The notes under the pieces were generated by a model. That model was not told the DNA's origin, searched no databases, and was given only the letters and a program-made list of their open reading frames with translations. A DNA stretch of 32,172 bases from Gemmatimonadales bacterium (GTDB lineage Bacteria; Gemmatimonadota; Gemmatimonadetes; Gemmatimonadales; GWC2-71-9), in assembly GCA_035635735.1 (NCBI GenBank), contig DASQAM010000281.1:1-32172 (forward strand), in the 5' to 3' direction. The position numbers and the translations under genes were made by a program. This document shows positions 30,860 through 32,172 of this stretch, piece by piece. How positions within the stretch are numbered: position 1 is the stretch's first letter; each line of letters begins with the position of its first letter.

Positions 30860-32172
30860 CCGTCCGCCTGACCGCGTGGCCGGGTGGCCGCCTTCTTGAG
30901 GTCCGCCCACCATTCCATCCGTTTCTTGATGTCCTTTTCGAATCCGAACTCCGTGGGCTCGTACCAGCTCGCCCCCCGCAACGCCTCCGGCAAATAGTCC
31001 TGCGGGACGTAAGCGTGCTCGTACGCGTGCGCGTACTTGTACCCCGCGCCGTACCCAAGCTCCTCCATGAGCTTGGTCGGGGCATTGCGAATATGCAGCG
31101 GCACGGCTTCGGCCGGATGCTCCGCCGCGGCGTCCATCGCTTGGCCGAATGCCGCGTACACGCGGTTCGACTTCGGCGCGGTCGCGAGGTACACCACGGC
31201 CTCGGCGAGCGCCAGCTCACCCTCCGGCGACCCCAGGAAGTGGTAGGCGTCTTTCGCGGCGAGCGCGAGCGCCAGGGCCCGCGGGTCCGCGAGCCCCACA
31301 TCCTCGGCGGCGATGCGGACCAGGCGGCGCGCGATGTACAGCGGGTCCTCGCCGCCCGCGAGCATACGGGCCAGCCAGTAGAGCGAGCCCTCCACGTCCG
31401 ACCCACGCACGGCCTTGTGCAGGGCGGAGATCAGGTTGAAGTGCTGCTCACCGGATTTGTCGTAGCTCGGCAGCGGGCGCTCCAGCACGGTGACGACCTC
31501 AGCCCGCCCGAGGGGGAGCGGGGAACGGGGAGCGGTCCCCACACGTTGCAGGACCGCCTCCAACGCGTTAAGGGCTCGGCGAGCATCACCCTGCGCATAC
31601 ACGACGAGAGCGTCTCTCGCCTCATCGGAGAGTACCGCTCCCCGCTCCCCGCTCCCGGTCTTGTCGAGCGCCCGCTCGATCACCAATCGGATGTGCTCGT
31701 CTTTCAACGGCTCGAACACGAACACCCGACAGCGGGAGAGCAGCGGGGCCGTCAGCTCGAAGCTCGGGTTCTCGGTCGTGGCTCCGATCAGCGTGATGAT
31801 CCCATTCTCAACCCACGGCAGGAACGCGTCCTGCTGTGCCCGGTTGAAGCGATGGATCTCGTCGCAGAAGAGAATCGTACCGCGGCCTTCGTACTTGAGG
31901 CGCTCTTCCGCCTCCTTGATGATCTCGCGTACCCGCCCCACGCCTTCGGTCACCGCGGAAAACGGCTCGAAGTGGCGGTCGGTGTAATTGGCGACGAGGC
32001 GGGCGAGTGTGGTCTTGCCGGAGCCGGGCGGCCCCCAGAAAATGCACGATCCCACGTCGCCGCGGCGGATCAGCTCGCCCAGAGGCTTGTCGGGCCCGAG
32101 GAGGTGCTCCTGACCGAGGAACTCCTCGAGTGTGGTGGGACGCATCCGGGCCGCGAGCGGCTCCGCGGAGCG
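30856..32172 (-). CDS. rarA: Replication-associated recombination protein A (AAA+ ATPase), 5' end outside the window
   Basis: Motifs: MRPTTLEEFLGQEHL, Walker A GPPGSGKTT, Walker B ILFCDEIHRFN, GATTENPSFE and the C-terminal MgsA domain. The frame stays open to the window edge (RSAEPLAAR-MRP), matching the usual ..PLA.RMRP N-terminus, so the true start is probably upstream of 32172. Confidence 0.9.
   Translation of the reverse strand, partial: RSAEPLAARMRPTTLEEFLGQEHLLGPDKPLGELIRRGDVGSCIFWGPPGSGKTTLARLVANYTDRHFEPFSAVTEGVGRVREIIKEAEERLKYEGRGTILFCDEIHRFNRAQQDAFLPWVENGIITLIGATTENPSFELTAPLLSRCRVFVFEPLKDEHIRLVIERALDKTGSGERGAVLSDEARDALVVYAQGDARRALNALEAVLQRVGTAPRSPLPLGRAEVVTVLERPLPSYDKSGEQHFNLISALHKAVRGSDVEGSLYWLARMLAGGEDPLYIARRLVRIAAEDVGLADPRALALALAAKDAYHFLGSPEGELALAEAVVYLATAPKSNRVYAAFGQAMDAAAEHPAEAVPLHIRNAPTKLMEELGYGAGYKYAHAYEHAYVPQDYLPEALRGASWYEPTEFGFEKDIKKRMEWWADLKKAATRPRGQADG

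Noticed and set aside
1-32172. Searched for defence-system hallmarks, mobile elements, integrases, toxin-antitoxin pairs, exosortase or PEP-CTERM proteins
   Set aside because: None could be supported. All sizeable ORFs with credible composition are accounted for by the glycan locus, the Big_2 lipoproteins and the three housekeeping genes.

Overview
High-GC bacterial chromosomal window with strong GC3 bias. The protein types look like a soil lineage such as Gemmatimonadota, but that is inference only. No rRNA, tRNA, CRISPR array, transposase or integrase was seen. There are three blocks.

(A) 1-23179, + strand: a large Wzx/Wzy-type glycan (EPS or O-antigen-like) locus. Its first 11 complete genes (217-16700) are almost all joined by ATGA/GTGA/TTGA stop-start overlaps. 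It holds two unusual multidomain fusions. One is a Wzx flippase fused to a PF14907-like nucleotidyltransferase and two P-loop kinase-like domains. The other is an ATP-grasp fused to a GT1 glycosyltransferase and a FemAB/CelD-like GNAT. Unfused second copies of the same modules are also present. The block further includes a Wzy/O-antigen-ligase-like protein, an LhgO-like FAD oxidase, a GT2, a CE4 deacetylase, a membrane-anchored SDR, a beta-helix lipoprotein, a SAM methyltransferase and an AsnB-type amidotransferase. Together these suggest an amino-acid or acyl-decorated, possibly phospho- or nucleotidyl-modified, glycan. This is the best candidate here for an undescribed system.

(B) 23149-28750, - strand: two tandem paralogous lipoproteins with a shared N-terminal leader and arrays of Big_2 Ig-like repeats. 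They differ in their catalytic C-termini (PF04185-like phosphoesterase versus right-handed beta-helix). A strongly structured 275-nt leader lies upstream.

(C) 29029-32172, - strand: housekeeping genes rarA (5' end outside the window), an LEA_2-like lipoprotein and hflX.

Many long ORFs in the six-frame track are antisense or off-frame artefacts of the high GC content and were rejected. Several true genes start well inside the listed ORFs, at stop-start overlaps.
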